Assembly: GCA_038496445.1 (NCBI GenBank)
Contig: JALMLS010000015.1
Span: 496,001 to 560,000 of the forward strand
DNA length: 64,000 bases
Origin: Trichosphaerium sp. ATCC 40318
Lineage: Eukaryota > Protista > Tubulinea
Reading direction: 5' to 3'
The notes under the pieces: model-generated
The model's input: the letters and a program-made list of their open reading frames with translations, nothing else
The model's database searches: none
Told to the model about the DNA's origin: nothing
Shown: positions 37,322-50,237 of the stretch, in pieces
Numbering within the stretch: position 1 is the stretch's first letter
Layout: each line of letters starts with the position of its first letter
Translations under genes and position numbers: made by a program

Positions 37322-40300
37322 TTATTCTACAGGTGTCTTGCTTGATTTATATATTACCTCTGTTATTTCTTCAAAGGATGGTCTTTTTTCAGGATTAATA
37401 TCCCAACAAGAAAGCATTAGATCATGTAACCATTTTGGTGTACGCTTTGGTATTTTAGGGTGGTACCCTTCGTCTCTGATTTTGATTATAAGAGACAGTT
37501 GATCATCGTCAAAACGATGAGGTTCATTTCCTGCCTATGTAAAGTTGTTAGGTACTGGCGTTGTATGTAACAACTTACCAAGCATTCGTAGCATACGCAA
37601 CCAAACGTCCATGCGTCAGACGCCGTAGAGTACATTTTACTGCCTCCAAGCGATTCTGGAGCCATCCATCTAGGTGCAAAGTGAGTAAGGTAAAACTACT
37701 CAGATATGTGATTGTTACCTTAATGGTCCGGTTGTACCACGCGTTGTGCCCTTGTCTTTTGTCACAGTTCTGGACAGGCCAAAATCCGATATTTTAGGTA
37801 CGTGCTTACGAGTAAGCAAAATATTTCGGCATGCCAAATCCCTGGAGAGAAAAAAATAAGAATATGAACACTTAAAACAAATCAAACCTATGAATAATCT
37901 TCTCTTTGTGTATATGTAAAACACCACGTGATACACCATATAAAATTTTCATACACTTCTCCATTTCAATTAGAGGTTTTTTGAACGCTACAGTATCAAG
38001 AGAACCTCCAGGAAGGAACCTAGATAAACCATTAATAAAATGAGATACCAAATTCTTTCAGTGAAAACATTTCAGCACAGTACGTACTCTATAACAATAG
38101 CTTTTGTTTCTTGTTCTAATATAACACCATATAGTTGAATTACGTTAGGATGAGGTCTCAAAACACTCATCATCCTGACTTCAGCCATAAAATCTTCAAG
38201 TGATTCCTTCTTAACAACAAGTCCCATTTTAACAGCAACTTCGATAGCACGCCATTTCCTTTAACAACCATTAATACTCAAGAAAAGCAACTACAAACAA
38301 ACTCATCAACGTACCCACGATAGACAATACCATAATTGCCGCGCCCAAGCTCTGCACCCACACTAATTTCAGAGAGAGGGATATTCAACTTTGTAAATCC
38401 AGCTGACATAAAAGTACTTTCTTCATCTCCTGTAGTTATTGTCTCAATAACAGCATTGTTCTCATACGTTGTAGATGCACCATCTAGTAATGTATTAATC
38501 AGTATATGAGTTAATAAGAGGTAGCATACGTGTTGGCTTTGAGCTGCGTTTAGGGTAGAACCATAAAAGCAATAAAGCGATAATAGCCAAAAAAAGTACT
38601 ACAGCAAAACCAGAAACGCTGAAAATGACGACATCTTGATGGAGTTAACAATCTAATCAAAACAAAAAATTATCGTTTAGTACTTGATATTCCTCCTTTT
38701 GGGGACTCTAATAAACTGACAGTAGGCACTTGAGATGTAGGGATGGTTGCAGAAGAAAACACTAAGCATAATACAAGTCAGGCTCTAAAACAATACGAAA
38801 AATCTGAGATTTTTTTTCGGACGCACAATTCCATTCTTGTATGAACATCACTGTTCTAGATGCGCTCTCTACTTTTGGAGTATCCCATTGGTTAGAAAAA
38901 GCGAAGAATACTTCCGAAGAATCCTTAAAGACAATAGAGCCACCATCTAGAAAAAAAAGTTAGTATGCTTCAAATCAAAAGCTCCTCCAAAACACAAAGT
39001 TTACATACGTCCTACGGCGTCTATTCCTCCAGAATTTATTCCCTGGGATACATGTAATATTTTAGTATCATTTTCTTGAACCCATACGTATATAGGCTCA
39101 TATCTTCGTGCACCATCTTTAATATCTTCAGCACGGAAATTTAGAGCAAAAATGAAGCTATCATTTGTAGGCGAAATAGCGTGTTCTCCGAAACCGTGCA
39201 AGGGGAATATATACTCTATATCAGTTACATCAATACTGTAAAGCAATTTCACACTATCATATCCTAGATAGTCAAGGATATACACCGTAACTATAAAAAG
39301 TAAACATCTCATTCAAGAAAAAAACATCGAACCTTTGGTGTCATTGTTTGCTCCACTAAATATTCCTCTATCTCTAGGTACAGGCGCAACTATTTAATTT
39401 TCCATTAGTATACTTATTACAGTTAAATATGATGTATGTACCAAGAACTAAGCGATTTTTATCTGCACCTCGAAGAGGGAAAAAATGGCTCATCATAATT
39501 AAATCTTTTTTTTCAAAGTCACCCTCTAGATCAATAAAGGTAATCACAGGACCTAGCGGTTCAAGTGTATTCGGATCTAGAGACTGTATATAAACAGTAG
39601 AATTATCAAGCCATGCAATAACAATAGTGTTATTAATATAAGCAATCTTTGGAGACTTGATTGTTGTATTCTTTTGGAAAGTTTTTGTTATTTGTATGGT
39701 TTGTCCTTTTATTTTATAAAGGTATATTATACCATCTCTAAGGGTTATATCAGGGTTGCTACCATCAATGCGCATAAGAATAAGACTATCTCTTTCATCA
39801 AGTAATGTATAAGACAAATCCTGTAGACCAAAGAATCGAATATTTTCCCTAACACGTGTTAAGCAAAATTGGAAAAATTCTTGAAATAACAATAAGTTCG
39901 AAATTACTAGGGAAAAGCAAAGTTTTACGAAACGGTCGCGTTACTAACTGTTACTAAACAGCAGCCGTCTGTGTAAAATGTTAACAACAGTGCCCAAACC
40001 ACGTGTTTTTCTTTGACACCTTTTGTTGAAAAGTAGCGCTGAAACCCTTGCAAACATACGCGTGCCAGTAAGGGTGCCTATATTTTATGCACGTACCATG
40101 CACTAAATTGATAGATCAATGTATTTGTATGAGTACCAGAAGATAACGAGCTTGTGGATATGATAACAGTATAAGTTCCCCCAGATACTTCAGTTCTTAT
40201 ACAATAAACATCGTCCATACTATCGTCAGTGAATGTACAATAGACCATTTGTTCCTGAGAATGGATAAACCTAGGAAAAATAGGTTTAGAGCTAAAGAAG

Positions 40301-40663
40301 CGTATAACTTCTATTCTCGTACCAGCAAGGCTCTACGAGCGTTAAATTGCGCGTATTTACGTCAAGTTTGCTTATTAAAACGCAATGAGCAAAGATTTCC
40401 GTATTGCCACCGCTGTTCGTTGTTCTGCGAAAATAAGGGCTTATTAGGTATAATTCATTGTCATTTAGGCTATTTGATATAAAAAGCGGTATTCCTGAAT
40501 CCCATATTTCTAGCAATAACGCGTAAGGTTCGTTTGTTACATCCCACGTACGGTTTTCCGCCCCTTCGATGGTACCATTGTACATACGAATTTGTTCTTG
40601 AGCATTAACATGTAAAACGCACACCAATAGGGCGCTTAATATGAATAGGCACCAAATATTCAT
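37322..40663 (-). CDS. Receptor-type tyrosine-kinase-like protein kinase, multi-exon
   Basis: Signal peptide, long ectodomain, TM, then LGRGNYG, VAVK, RDLACRNILL, KISDFGLSR, GPLRWMAPE, CWDINPEKRPSF. Confidence 0.88.
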
Positions 40664-40891
40664 TTTTATTGCTTTTGCGCCATTTTTAATAGTTCTGCGC
40701 AGCGGAATTACAAAACAAGCGAATTTGGCGCCCAAAAACCATCCAAAAAACAGTTGTGGTACACAAAGCAACCATATTTCTTAACACAGGCGTAACGTAA
40801 GATTGTTATTTAGGTTTAGTTACAAACCGATTATACAAGATTTGCAATCAGTTCGATGAACGTTTTGTCAAGAAACAATTTATTTACATAA

Positions 40892-42725
40892 TTACACAGT
40901 TCGTGTAGTTGATAGAAACAACCATAGGTACGTTCCAGCCCGAACAATACATCCTAGTATACTCCAGCGATCATTCTTACGAACTACTATCTGTCTTTCA
41001 TACTTGGCCATGAATTTTGCTGCGCCCACATGCTCTACACGTGCTAAATGTATGTATTAACATCAAAACTGTTTCAACTTATTTTGTTTTACTTGTACCT
41101 CCTTCAAACTGTTGCAACTGCTGCATAGACAGTTTAAGTGCTTCAACAGCAGCACACGTATCATTACTTCTTTCATTTATAGAGAATTGTGAAGTTGCTT
41201 GTTCAAGCGCGTTGGCTATATTGTCTTCCAACCGCTGCTTTTCATAAGTACGGAACTCTAGTTCAAGTTGTTCCTAATGTTTAATATTACTCTTCAATTG
41301 AAGTTGCTGTGTACACAAAACGTACGGTCAATGCTCTGGTTGCAAGGTCACCATATGGAGCATGCCTTATAACTGATCCCATATGGTGCTTGTGGAGTAT
41401 CTTGAAAATGTAAGATACTTTCACTGCTAAGTAGTCGTACCATTAATGTCTCTTCAGTCAAAGGAACAACTAGCTCATTTAAGCTCTTTTTCATGTTCTC
41501 GTTGTATTTTGCTACACTTTCTTCTATTTGAGCTTCAAGGAGAGGTTGAATTAATGAAGTTACATCAACATTTGTCTTTGGTGAAGGCCAAAGACTTGAT
41601 ACAATGCTTTCAAACATTTCAATAAAGTCTAAAGTTACAGTTTATAACAGTAGACAACAGTTGCTGGATTACGAACCTGATGGCGTTATACATCTATCAT
41701 CATCAATAGCGTATTTTATCTTCATCCTTTGAGTGAATAGGTCTCTAAATTCTGGGAGTTGAAGTCTGTACAAAGGCGCTAATTCTTTTGTTTTCAAAAC
41801 TGAACAATCTCTCGTAGTAATCTCATATGCATGACAATCAGGTAGTGTTGTAGAACTTACAAATAGTGTTAGTAAACACCAATACAAACAACATTGTATT
41901 TTACATACCAAGGCGCTTTACATTCCATTCCATGTTCAGTCAGTTTATCACCAATATTCTTACGAACTAAAGCCTCATCTGCGTCTTCAAACTATAGTTT
42001 TTGTATTAGCATTCTCATTATTAGGTATGGCAACATTGTACGTATTCGCGTCTGTTATCAACCGCTTGAATTATCACGTGACTATCAGGTAATGATACAG
42101 AGTTGTTGAATTCACGTTTCAACGCTGCAGCATATTGCCAAAGAGGTTTCAACAAAGGTAGAGAACTCAGCTGCGAGTACTTCTCAATGATATAAATATT
42201 TGAACCCATAAGCATAGCTAGTGCAATTAGACGCCTGTCAGTATCGTCTCCGGTTAACCTTTTTGAAGTTAGGGACTGTGAATTACAAAAAACTCTAATA
42301 ATTGTGTTTACCCTTGTGTATCGATAACCAAGTGATTGACAAGCTTCCCAGTTGTTCTATCAGTCACTTCTTCAATCCAACCTTGAAGCCCTGATGTAGC
42401 TCCAAACCATGTCTCACTACTATAGAATAGGCCAGGCCTCTCAAGAACCCTGTTGAGGGTGAAGCTTTTACCTAATAAAGTCAATTCAATCTATCAACGG
42501 TTGATTGAAAAAGCAAGATAGAGTACCTGAGCCTCTTACTCCAATAACAACATCTACTGCTAGACAGTGTTGTTTCATTGCACGCATTTGTATCTTCGTG
42601 TTGGAGGGTATAAAATCTTTTTTATATGTGCTGAATTGTACTAGCTTGAACGGCTTGTTTGGGTATTGTTTTGCTTCATACAGCGCTATGGTAAGAAGAA
42701 CAAAAATAGCGGAGAAGGTGCGCAT
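40892..42725 (-). CDS. Guanylate-binding protein (GBP/atlastin-type) GTPase with N-terminal signal peptide, multi-exon
   Basis: VIGVRGSG|KSFTLN P-loop, VIDTQG, DRRLIALAMLMGS, helical C-terminal half. Confidence 0.72.
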
Positions 42726-43098
42726 TATGTTAGTGTGAATGAAAACTGAAACAAAGTGTATCAATCATGACTTCTCGTTGACTACTAAAAAAAATAGCGG
42801 ATTGATTGAAAATTACAAATTCAACACCAAGTAGATCGATAAATAACCTAACAAAAACGAAGACAATCGAATATACAATTTCCGATGCGGCATTTAGTTG
42901 AAAACAAGAAAGAGGTTTGATTGAAATGAAAAATTTTTGGATCAATCAGAGCTCAAAGTATTTATGGAAAAAGCGCTCCACGACACATGTAAGTGCTCAA
43001 CACTTAATAAACGCGCTTTGGTTGCTTGCCAATCCAACGATAAATTGATTGATACCTTGTAGCGTTCACAATGTCATGTGATTTGATTGATTGTTTAT

Positions 43099-43914
43099 TC
43101 AAAAATAATTGGTGACGATCTCCATGGCTTGTTGTAAATTAAGTTCTGCGAGTTGATAAGCCCATAGCATGAATGTAGCTTGGAATGGTAGACGGAAAAG
43201 AGCACTTCCTAAAGCCATGCCTGAAAAGCGTTAGATTGATGTCTACGGCTATCGAAGCAATTACCTACTGCTTCTCTTCTGCTAGGCATAAGCACTGGTA
43301 CGATATTAGCTGGGAAAACGCCCACAAGCGTTGCAAGTGTAAGCCACACGCCAATCTCAGTTGTCTATGTATTTTTTTGAGTCAGCTTTCGTACGCTTAA
43401 TGAGGGTCCTCTTATATCGTACAGGAGGTATAACTATTAGGATACCACATAGTACTTCCACTACACCGCTGATATGAACCCAGAAATCCTACGGATAACT
43501 TTATTTTGAGAGTTTTTGGAAAACGTACTGGAAACGGAAAAACGGGCGGCATCAACGCTCTATCAAAACCGTTAGAGTTTGTTATAGATATTAGCCATAT
43601 TGTGCATCACGCTCGAGCTCTTCAGGTGAAATAAATCGCACAAAAAAGGACTTACTTGTAAAACGGCATCATAGCCGGGTTAAAGTGTGCTAAACCTGCC
43701 ATGAACATGAATACGCCAAGCATTACACCAGAGCCAAGTTTTACAAGCCGGTTTGATGGGAAAAATGCTACGCAATGTCAAAATGTCAAGTAGAATGTAA
43801 TTTCGTACCTACTAACGCGATACAAACCAAATGAAGAGCAAGCCACATCACAAATGTTTTCTTGAAACCTTTAAGCGCCTCCCTAGTTTGTTTTGGCATA
43901 GTGTTCCCTCTCAT
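43099..43914 (-). CDS. DoxX-like (COG4270-type) membrane protein, multi-exon
   Basis: AGLAHF...MPP.FPFP...SGVVEVLCG...VFPANI...RLPFQATFMLWAY. Confidence 0.75.
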
Positions 43915-44022
43915 GGCGAACGAATTGGTTTTCGAAATAAAAGCCTCGACTAGACACTTTTTGACTTTATTGTTTGCTATCGCTTTGCCTTATGAGTGTC
44001 ACATAGCTACATTACGAACAAA

Positions 44023-44412
44023 ATGAGCTCCAAAGGGAATGTCAATACTACTGAACAAAAAAGCTGTAAATACAACTACAGGAGCAATTCTAATCTCGTC
44101 CTACGCCCAAGAAAGATGCAGAGAATGGAAAAAACTACTTCAGTGATCAATACCCCGACAGTAGCAAAAAGCAAACCTAAAGATACTGTAAAACATCTCA
44201 AGCGCGTAGAAACTCTCAACAGAGGTATAAATCCTACTCTGATGACCGATAAGGACAGTATAAATGACGAACTGTCAAGTTTAAGAGAACTGCATTCGAA
44301 AGGTTTTGTAGGAGATGCTGAATATGAACGAAGATCAAGTCAACTTAAAAATAGCTTAAAACTTCTTGCTCAACTTCCTAGAGTTTTCTTACCTAGATGG
44401 CAATGGCTTTAA
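44023..44412 (+). CDS. Small intronless protein with SHOCT-like C-terminal motif
   Basis: DELSSLRELHSKGFVGDAEYERRSSQL fits the SHOCT pattern. N-terminal YNYRSNSNLVL. Confidence 0.5.
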   Translation: MSSKGNVNTTEQKSCKYNYRSNSNLVLRPRKMQRMEKTTSVINTPTVAKSKPKDTVKHLKRVETLNRGINPTLMTDKDSINDELSSLRELHSKGFVGDAEYERRSSQLKNSLKLLAQLPRVFLPRWQWL

Positions 44413-44924
44413 TTGTGTTAAGTATTGTTGTTTACCTTGGTTGGTTACCAACCAATAAATTGTGTTATCTTTTAGGTCATTTTCGCAGTTTGTGCTCTAA
44501 TTCCTTTGTGCAGAACACGTTGTCTGTAAAGAAATCACGTGCAAGTAACGATAAACATTAGGTCGAATAACAGTTGTTTGCGTCAGTGCTCAGGACCCAA
44601 CGGTATTAGTGTCGCTAACATCCACAGAATAGTTTGTAATGCAGAAGTAAAACAAAACTAAAGGTACGGCAATTTTTGATAATACAAAGAAGGCTCAGCG
44701 CTATCTCAAATCCTTCCTCTTATGAGACGCTTTCATTCGAATCAGTGTCTTCAGAGTCAATGTCATCAGAGCACTGATAGCCTCAATGGTTTCAGTAAAA
44801 AAAAGGATCCAAAAAGCTAGAAGTTTTACTGGGAGCAAAATGTATACGTAACACTGGAAACAAGAAAAAAACCTTAGTCATGATGAGTGAGGGGGATTTT
44901 AGAAATCCAGTTTAGTATGGCAGC

Positions 44925-45701
44925 TTATGGAGTACAAGCGCAGTTTCCGTTATTAGGTAGTACAATAAAAGGACCATTGCCACTATCTCCATCTATAAAC
45001 GCATCGCCAGTCCAACAAAAATGATATCCGTTGTAAACACTAAACTTTGTGAAGCGCCATCCATCGTTGTTGGTAACTTTAACTTCTAGTCCTTGTAAAT
45101 CTCTTAAAGGGTCTTTTGCTGGCTGGCCTGGAATAAAGAATCTATCTACTGCCCCAACCTGATAGTCGTTTATACGAAGGTCATCAACATTGCTACTCCA
45201 TGCGGAAGTTGTAGAATCGGTATAAACGTATCTGTATCTAATATAACCATCAGTACCATCGTTTACTCCAGTTCCAGTTTCAGTCATAACAAACGTGTCT
45301 ACGGTGTCTGTATTGGGCGGCACCTCTTTCGCGAGAACGTCAGTAATAGCGCTGCTCCCTTGGATGAGCACACAGTCGTTCATCATGAATAGCTTGCACA
45401 CGGAGTCGTAAGAGCTGGAAAAGAAGTGGCATCGAGAATCGGCATCGCAGAGGTTTTGGCATTCGGTTTTTGTTACTGTAAAGTCTCTAGGAAAAGAGCA
45501 CTCTCCAGGGCCTCCAACCCAGTCACAATGGGTGACCGTAGATCCAGCGTAATATCCGTTACAATAGGTAAATTGTCCATGATGCATGTGCTTGTGGCAG
45601 CCTCTGCAGGTGAGCGTAGATGAAGTTGATAGAGGGAAGTAGCTTGCGCCAAAGGTAAGCGCTAGTAAAGAAAACAATAGCAGGAGCTGGTGTATCATCA
45701 T
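44925..45701 (-). CDS. Intronless secreted protein with PAN/apple-like and PLAT/LH2-like domains
   Basis: Signal peptide; ECQNLCDADSRCHFFS...CKL (PAN-like); TGTGVNDGTDG...DYQVGAVDRFFI...NDGWRFTKFSV (PLAT-like). Confidence 0.7.
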   Translation of the reverse strand: MMIHQLLLLFSLLALTFGASYFPLSTSSTLTCRGCHKHMHHGQFTYCNGYYAGSTVTHCDWVGGPGECSFPRDFTVTKTECQNLCDADSRCHFFSSSYDSVCKLFMMNDCVLIQGSSAITDVLAKEVPPNTDTVDTFVMTETGTGVNDGTDGYIRYRYVYTDSTTSAWSSNVDDLRINDYQVGAVDRFFIPGQPAKDPLRDLQGLEVKVTNNDGWRFTKFSVYNGYHFCWTGDAFIDGDSGNGPFIVLPNNGNCACTP

Positions 45702-46286
45702 GTAAGCGTTGTAATCTCTTATAATAATCAAGACGATTGGTTTTTATGAACTTTATTTGTATTAATGCAAAACGTGATTTCATTTAATGTTGTGTTTGTG
45801 TGACCTTTTCCATTAATTTTCTGTCCACTTGTTTGACTACTGCCTATTGAATGCTTCTAATGGCGTAAAAATTATTTGGAAAGGTTACGGCGATATTGGT
45901 AGCCAACAAAAAAAAAACACAGATTTCAATGTTTCAGTGATTATTTTGCAAATTGTGTTAAAACACTGAGTTTAGTGTTCTAATGTTTCTAGTAATACAA
46001 TCATGTTCGTTTTGTATGCTCTTAGGAGTAATATTTTCGCTTTGTGCGTAATCACAAAACACGAAAGACAGATAAAGTTCTTGTGATAGAACATTCGTAT
46101 TATTAGTATTTCTATCGCAAACTTTGCTCATATGCCCAACTTTAGGCCTAGCATAGCAAACACTGAAACATCTCCAACGGTAGGAAGCACGTGATAGCGA
46201 AAAATGTTTTTCGGCTGCACAAATTTTTTTTGGTTTGTGTGGATCTTGATTACGGCGTTATGGTGATGTGCATAGTAGTGTAGTGT

Positions 46287-47888
46287 TTAAATTACCGCAA
46301 CCCAGAAGCACAACAAAGTAAGAGTGAAAATTACTACCACCATATGACCGGTTCCAAAGAACTGTACGTATTTTATTGGATATAAGTCAGACAAAATGAT
46401 AAAGATGTTAAATTGCCAATGGCACAGCTAAAAAAATATTTCTACTCCGAGTGTAATAAATCCAAGTGTCATGTTTAGAATCTAAAGAAGCATGAGATGA
46501 ATTTACACAAAAAAACATACCAACGAGGCACTAGCACTTGTTGTATCAGCTTCAGTAGGTGTCACAGGAGAAGTATTTGGAGGTTCGGCCGTCATTGTTG
46601 GTGAGGTAGGCGAATCGGTGGGAGAAGTTGGCTCAGTTGGAGAATTTGGAGTTGTAGGCACTAAAGTAGGGTTATTTCACTTGGATTTGTAGCTCTTGTA
46701 CTTGGTAACGCGGTGGAACCAACTGTCGGTGCAATAGTTGGCATGCTTGTTGACACAAAAGTAGGTGCTACTGTAGTTGTCGCAGTCGGCGCAACAGTAG
46801 GCATGCCTGTTGTGGGCTCAAGTGTAGTAGGAGGAGCCGTAGTTGGAAGAGCTGTTGTTGGAGGAGCCGTAGTTGGCGTACCTGTTGTTGGAGGAGCCGT
46901 TGGCGTACTTGTTGTTGGAGCTGTTGTTGGAGGAGCTGTAGTTGGAGGAGCTGTAGTTGGCGGAGCTTTAGTTGGCGGAACTGTTGTAGGTTCAAGTGTA
47001 GTTGGAGGAGCTGTAGTTGGAGGAGTTGTAGTTGGAGGAGCCGTTGTAGGAAGAGCTGTGGTTGGAGGCGCTGTTGTTGGAGGAGCTGTAGTTGGCGGAG
47101 GTGTAGTTGGAGGAGTCGTTGTAGGTTCAAGTGTAGTAGGAGGAGCTGTAGTAGGAAGAGCTGTGGTTGGAGGCGCTGTTGTTGGCGGAGCTGTTGTAGG
47201 TTCAGGAGTAGTTGGAGGAGCTGTAGTTGGCGGAGCCGTAGTTGGCGGAACTGTTGTAGGTTCCATTGTAGTTGGAGGAGCCGTAGTAGGAAGAGCTGTG
47301 GTTGGAGGCGCTGTAGTTGGAGGAATTGTAGTTGGAAACTCAAAATTGATTGTAGCAACTCCAGTGATAATCCCTGATCCAGATAAAAAGCTTGTGCATC
47401 ACGTAAGTAATGTGGCGTAGTAGCGTAGTACAAACTTACTCAAAAAAATCTGGACCCCATGTCAAAGTTCCAGCAAGAGTGTTTGAGCTGTCGAGAATAG
47501 CATCTAGAAAATAGGTGAAACATTGTTGGACGACCTTGTTATCGTACTTGTAAACTGAGGTGATGTAGCAAAGTCAACTCTGAACGCTACCCCTTGACCA
47601 GCATTTGCACCATCTGCAGTTACTATTGCTCTCGTTTCTTGCACGTCGATAAAAAAATCGTCCATTCTGTTCATTTCTACTGCTGAAAACGATATTGTAC
47701 CAGACAATGGGTCAGCAAAGTTAAAAGTTGATCCTTGTGCTAACAAGCTATAGTTGGCTGCACTTCCTTCAACTAGAGAAGGTTAAGAGCTGTAGAACAG
47801 TATAAACTAGATTCTTACTTATTTGGCTGTGTACCAATACAAATAGCGCTGATACTATAAATGCGGTAATAATCAAACCGTTGTACAT
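46287..47888 (-). CDS. Mucin-like surface protein with P/T repeat stalk and hydrophobic C-terminus, multi-exon
   Basis: Signal peptide MYNGLIITAFIVSALFVLVHS, globular N-domain, PPTTA repeats, terminal VIWVVIFTLTLLCFWVAVI*. Confidence 0.75.
46830..47340 (-). repeat. 15-nt coding minisatellite (PPTTA units)
   Basis: About 30 degenerate copies of CCTCCAACTACAGCT on the minus strand. Confidence 0.92.
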
Positions 47889-48557
47889 GGTATGGAGTTG
47901 TTTGTAGAACGCTATGTTTAATTCGAAGTCAAAGGGTTTTTGCCATATTCACTGAAAGATGGTGAAAATAATCAAGACTGACACTCAAATTGTCCGTTTT
48001 CGCATTAGTTTTCAATCACGTTTTTTGAGATGATTTGTGAACGTAGGTACAAGCTATCCATTGTTGTATCTTAGCGTGGTCAATCAAAAGTCACATGTGA
48101 GCTACAAGTCGGCATAAGTGGCTTTTCAAAAAGTTACTAGTGTTAAATTGCTAAACCATTGGTGGCAAACCCGTTGAGCATGGTCACAATACGACCAATA
48201 GCTCCCTTTAGTTGAGAACACCAAATAGATATTGGCTTGTTTGTCTTTTGTAGCTGTGTGCATCGCAGCACTCAATCTCATCGAATAATTGTTGCGACGA
48301 TTTATTTAGTAAAGACACGTATATGAAGATATTAGTCACCAGAGAAATATAAAAAGAAATGCTAAATGCGCAAAGTGTTGGGGCCTGTTAAATGTTCATG
48401 AACTCAGTTGCACAAGTTCTGTGAATGGCTGCAAATACAAATTAATATAAAGCCATATAGAGCGTAAGCATTGACAATAATTTGAAAAAAGCCAAATTTA
48501 TTGCTTATGTGTGACTTTTGAACTGATAACCATGATTATATAGCCAAGTATAAACAC

Positions 48558-50237
48558 TACAGTGCAAAATAAGTACACAAGAAAAAGTTGAAAAGAGTAA
48601 TGTAAAGAGATGCTTCAAAGTGTTTTCTCAATGCACAGTGCATTAAACTATAAAGTCTGCTTGGATTACTTTGATGCTCAATGGGGAGCTAGTTGGAACA
48701 TACTTCCATAAACAATGGCAGCGATACATATAGTAGACCAAATCATACAACTTTGCATATGGGGCGGAATACCAAGGTTTACTCTTTTTGTTCCTCCTGT
48801 AAAATACTCCTTAGCGTTTTGATATACTTCTTTTACAGATACCTAAAGAATATTATAATATTAGTTTACAATGTACTTCAGCGCCAAAGAAAAGATGGAA
48901 AAAAATAAGAAAACAAATGCAGGTTTTATTGTCACAGTAGCCGCCCATAAAGCGTTTGGTAGCAAGGTTTGATATTTTTTACTTCTTGTCCGATGTTGAT
49001 ATTGTTCGAAAAAGTAAAATAAATAAAGAGGACGTACAACAAAGCCACAAAAAAATCCGTAATCAAATCCGTTTACAGCTATTAGGTAAAGAGAGATTGG
49101 GTAGTAGATGAGTACAATGATTGGTAGCATAATAACATAACAGTATGAGTTATTCAAAGTACCATAAAAGCACCCTACAAGAGGGAAAAAAGGAATCATT
49201 GCAATAGCTAACAAAATTATAAGCCAACATCAATGGGCAAACAGATACTATTGGTACCTGCTACAAGCGATAGAGCAGCTGATACAGACATAATAGGCCA
49301 TCCTATAACAATACCAAGCAAAATAAAAAGCCAAATAGCATCAACATATTGGCAGCAAACGTGAAAGCAGTTTCTAAATAGCATGGTAAGAAATAAACTG
49401 GTCAAAAGAAAGTTTTGAGCTTTAGTACGCACTTGCTCGTTTGTCTAGCTATGACTCTATTCTGTTTTATAGCAACATTACCTATGATTGTAGCTTGCTT
49501 CGCTTTAAGTACATGACATAACAACTCTCTCATATATTCTTCATGCCAGGATGGATATTCGATCTCTTCATCACTTGATTCAGAATCAGAATCTAACTTG
49601 CCATCTCTTTCAATAAACTCTAACTCCGAATCTTTAGAAATAAAAGGGTTCCCTCTCAACTGCGTATTATTGCTTAATGATTTAAGGAATAAATCAACAC
49701 GTGTACGGTCATTAAGGGAAGGCTGCTCTATATCGTCTAACAAGACGTCATAATCTTGATCATCACTGATAACAAGTTAATTACAATCTCCTGCGTATGA
49801 TATTATTACGTACGCATGTTGTAGAAGAGGTACGATAGCTGAAGATTCTTGATGAGAAGCGTTACGAATTTTACTATGTGCTGTAACATTTACCCAACCA
49901 GTTTGAAGTTCTTTAGGAAATGGTTTGACTATCAACTCTCTTTCTGTTGTGTCCTCTTCTTCGGTGCTCTCATCACCAGAAGAATTGCGTTGACCATCTT
50001 CAGTGTATTCTATACCATCTATTTGAGCCACAACTGATCCACCCAATCTACATCTGCTCTCTAGAATAGATGCTCGGCTCTATGACGTTTTGATAAGAGT
50101 TTAATAAAGTTGATGATACACACGTTTGGCATCACTGACCATAGCTCGTCTAACCTGTACGCTTTATTATCAGCATAAACTACAATACATGGACCATCTA
50201 TGAACTTTGGAAGAATATCCCTACTCTCTAAAAACAT
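48558..50237 (-). CDS. Hypothetical protein with acidic N-terminal half and multi-pass TM C-terminal half, multi-exon
   Basis: Consecutive minus-strand ORF pieces joined by short introns. No family recognised; both ends approximate. Confidence 0.5.

Noticed and set aside
46830-47340. Possible CRISPR-like array
   Set aside because: The units are contiguous with no unique spacers and lie within coding sequence. No cas genes, and the context is eukaryotic.
46713-47433. Long Val/Gly-rich (+) and Leu/Gln-rich (-) ORFs
   Set aside because: They are alternative frames of the 15-nt PPTTA minisatellite. The P/T frame fits the signal peptide and C-terminal anchor.
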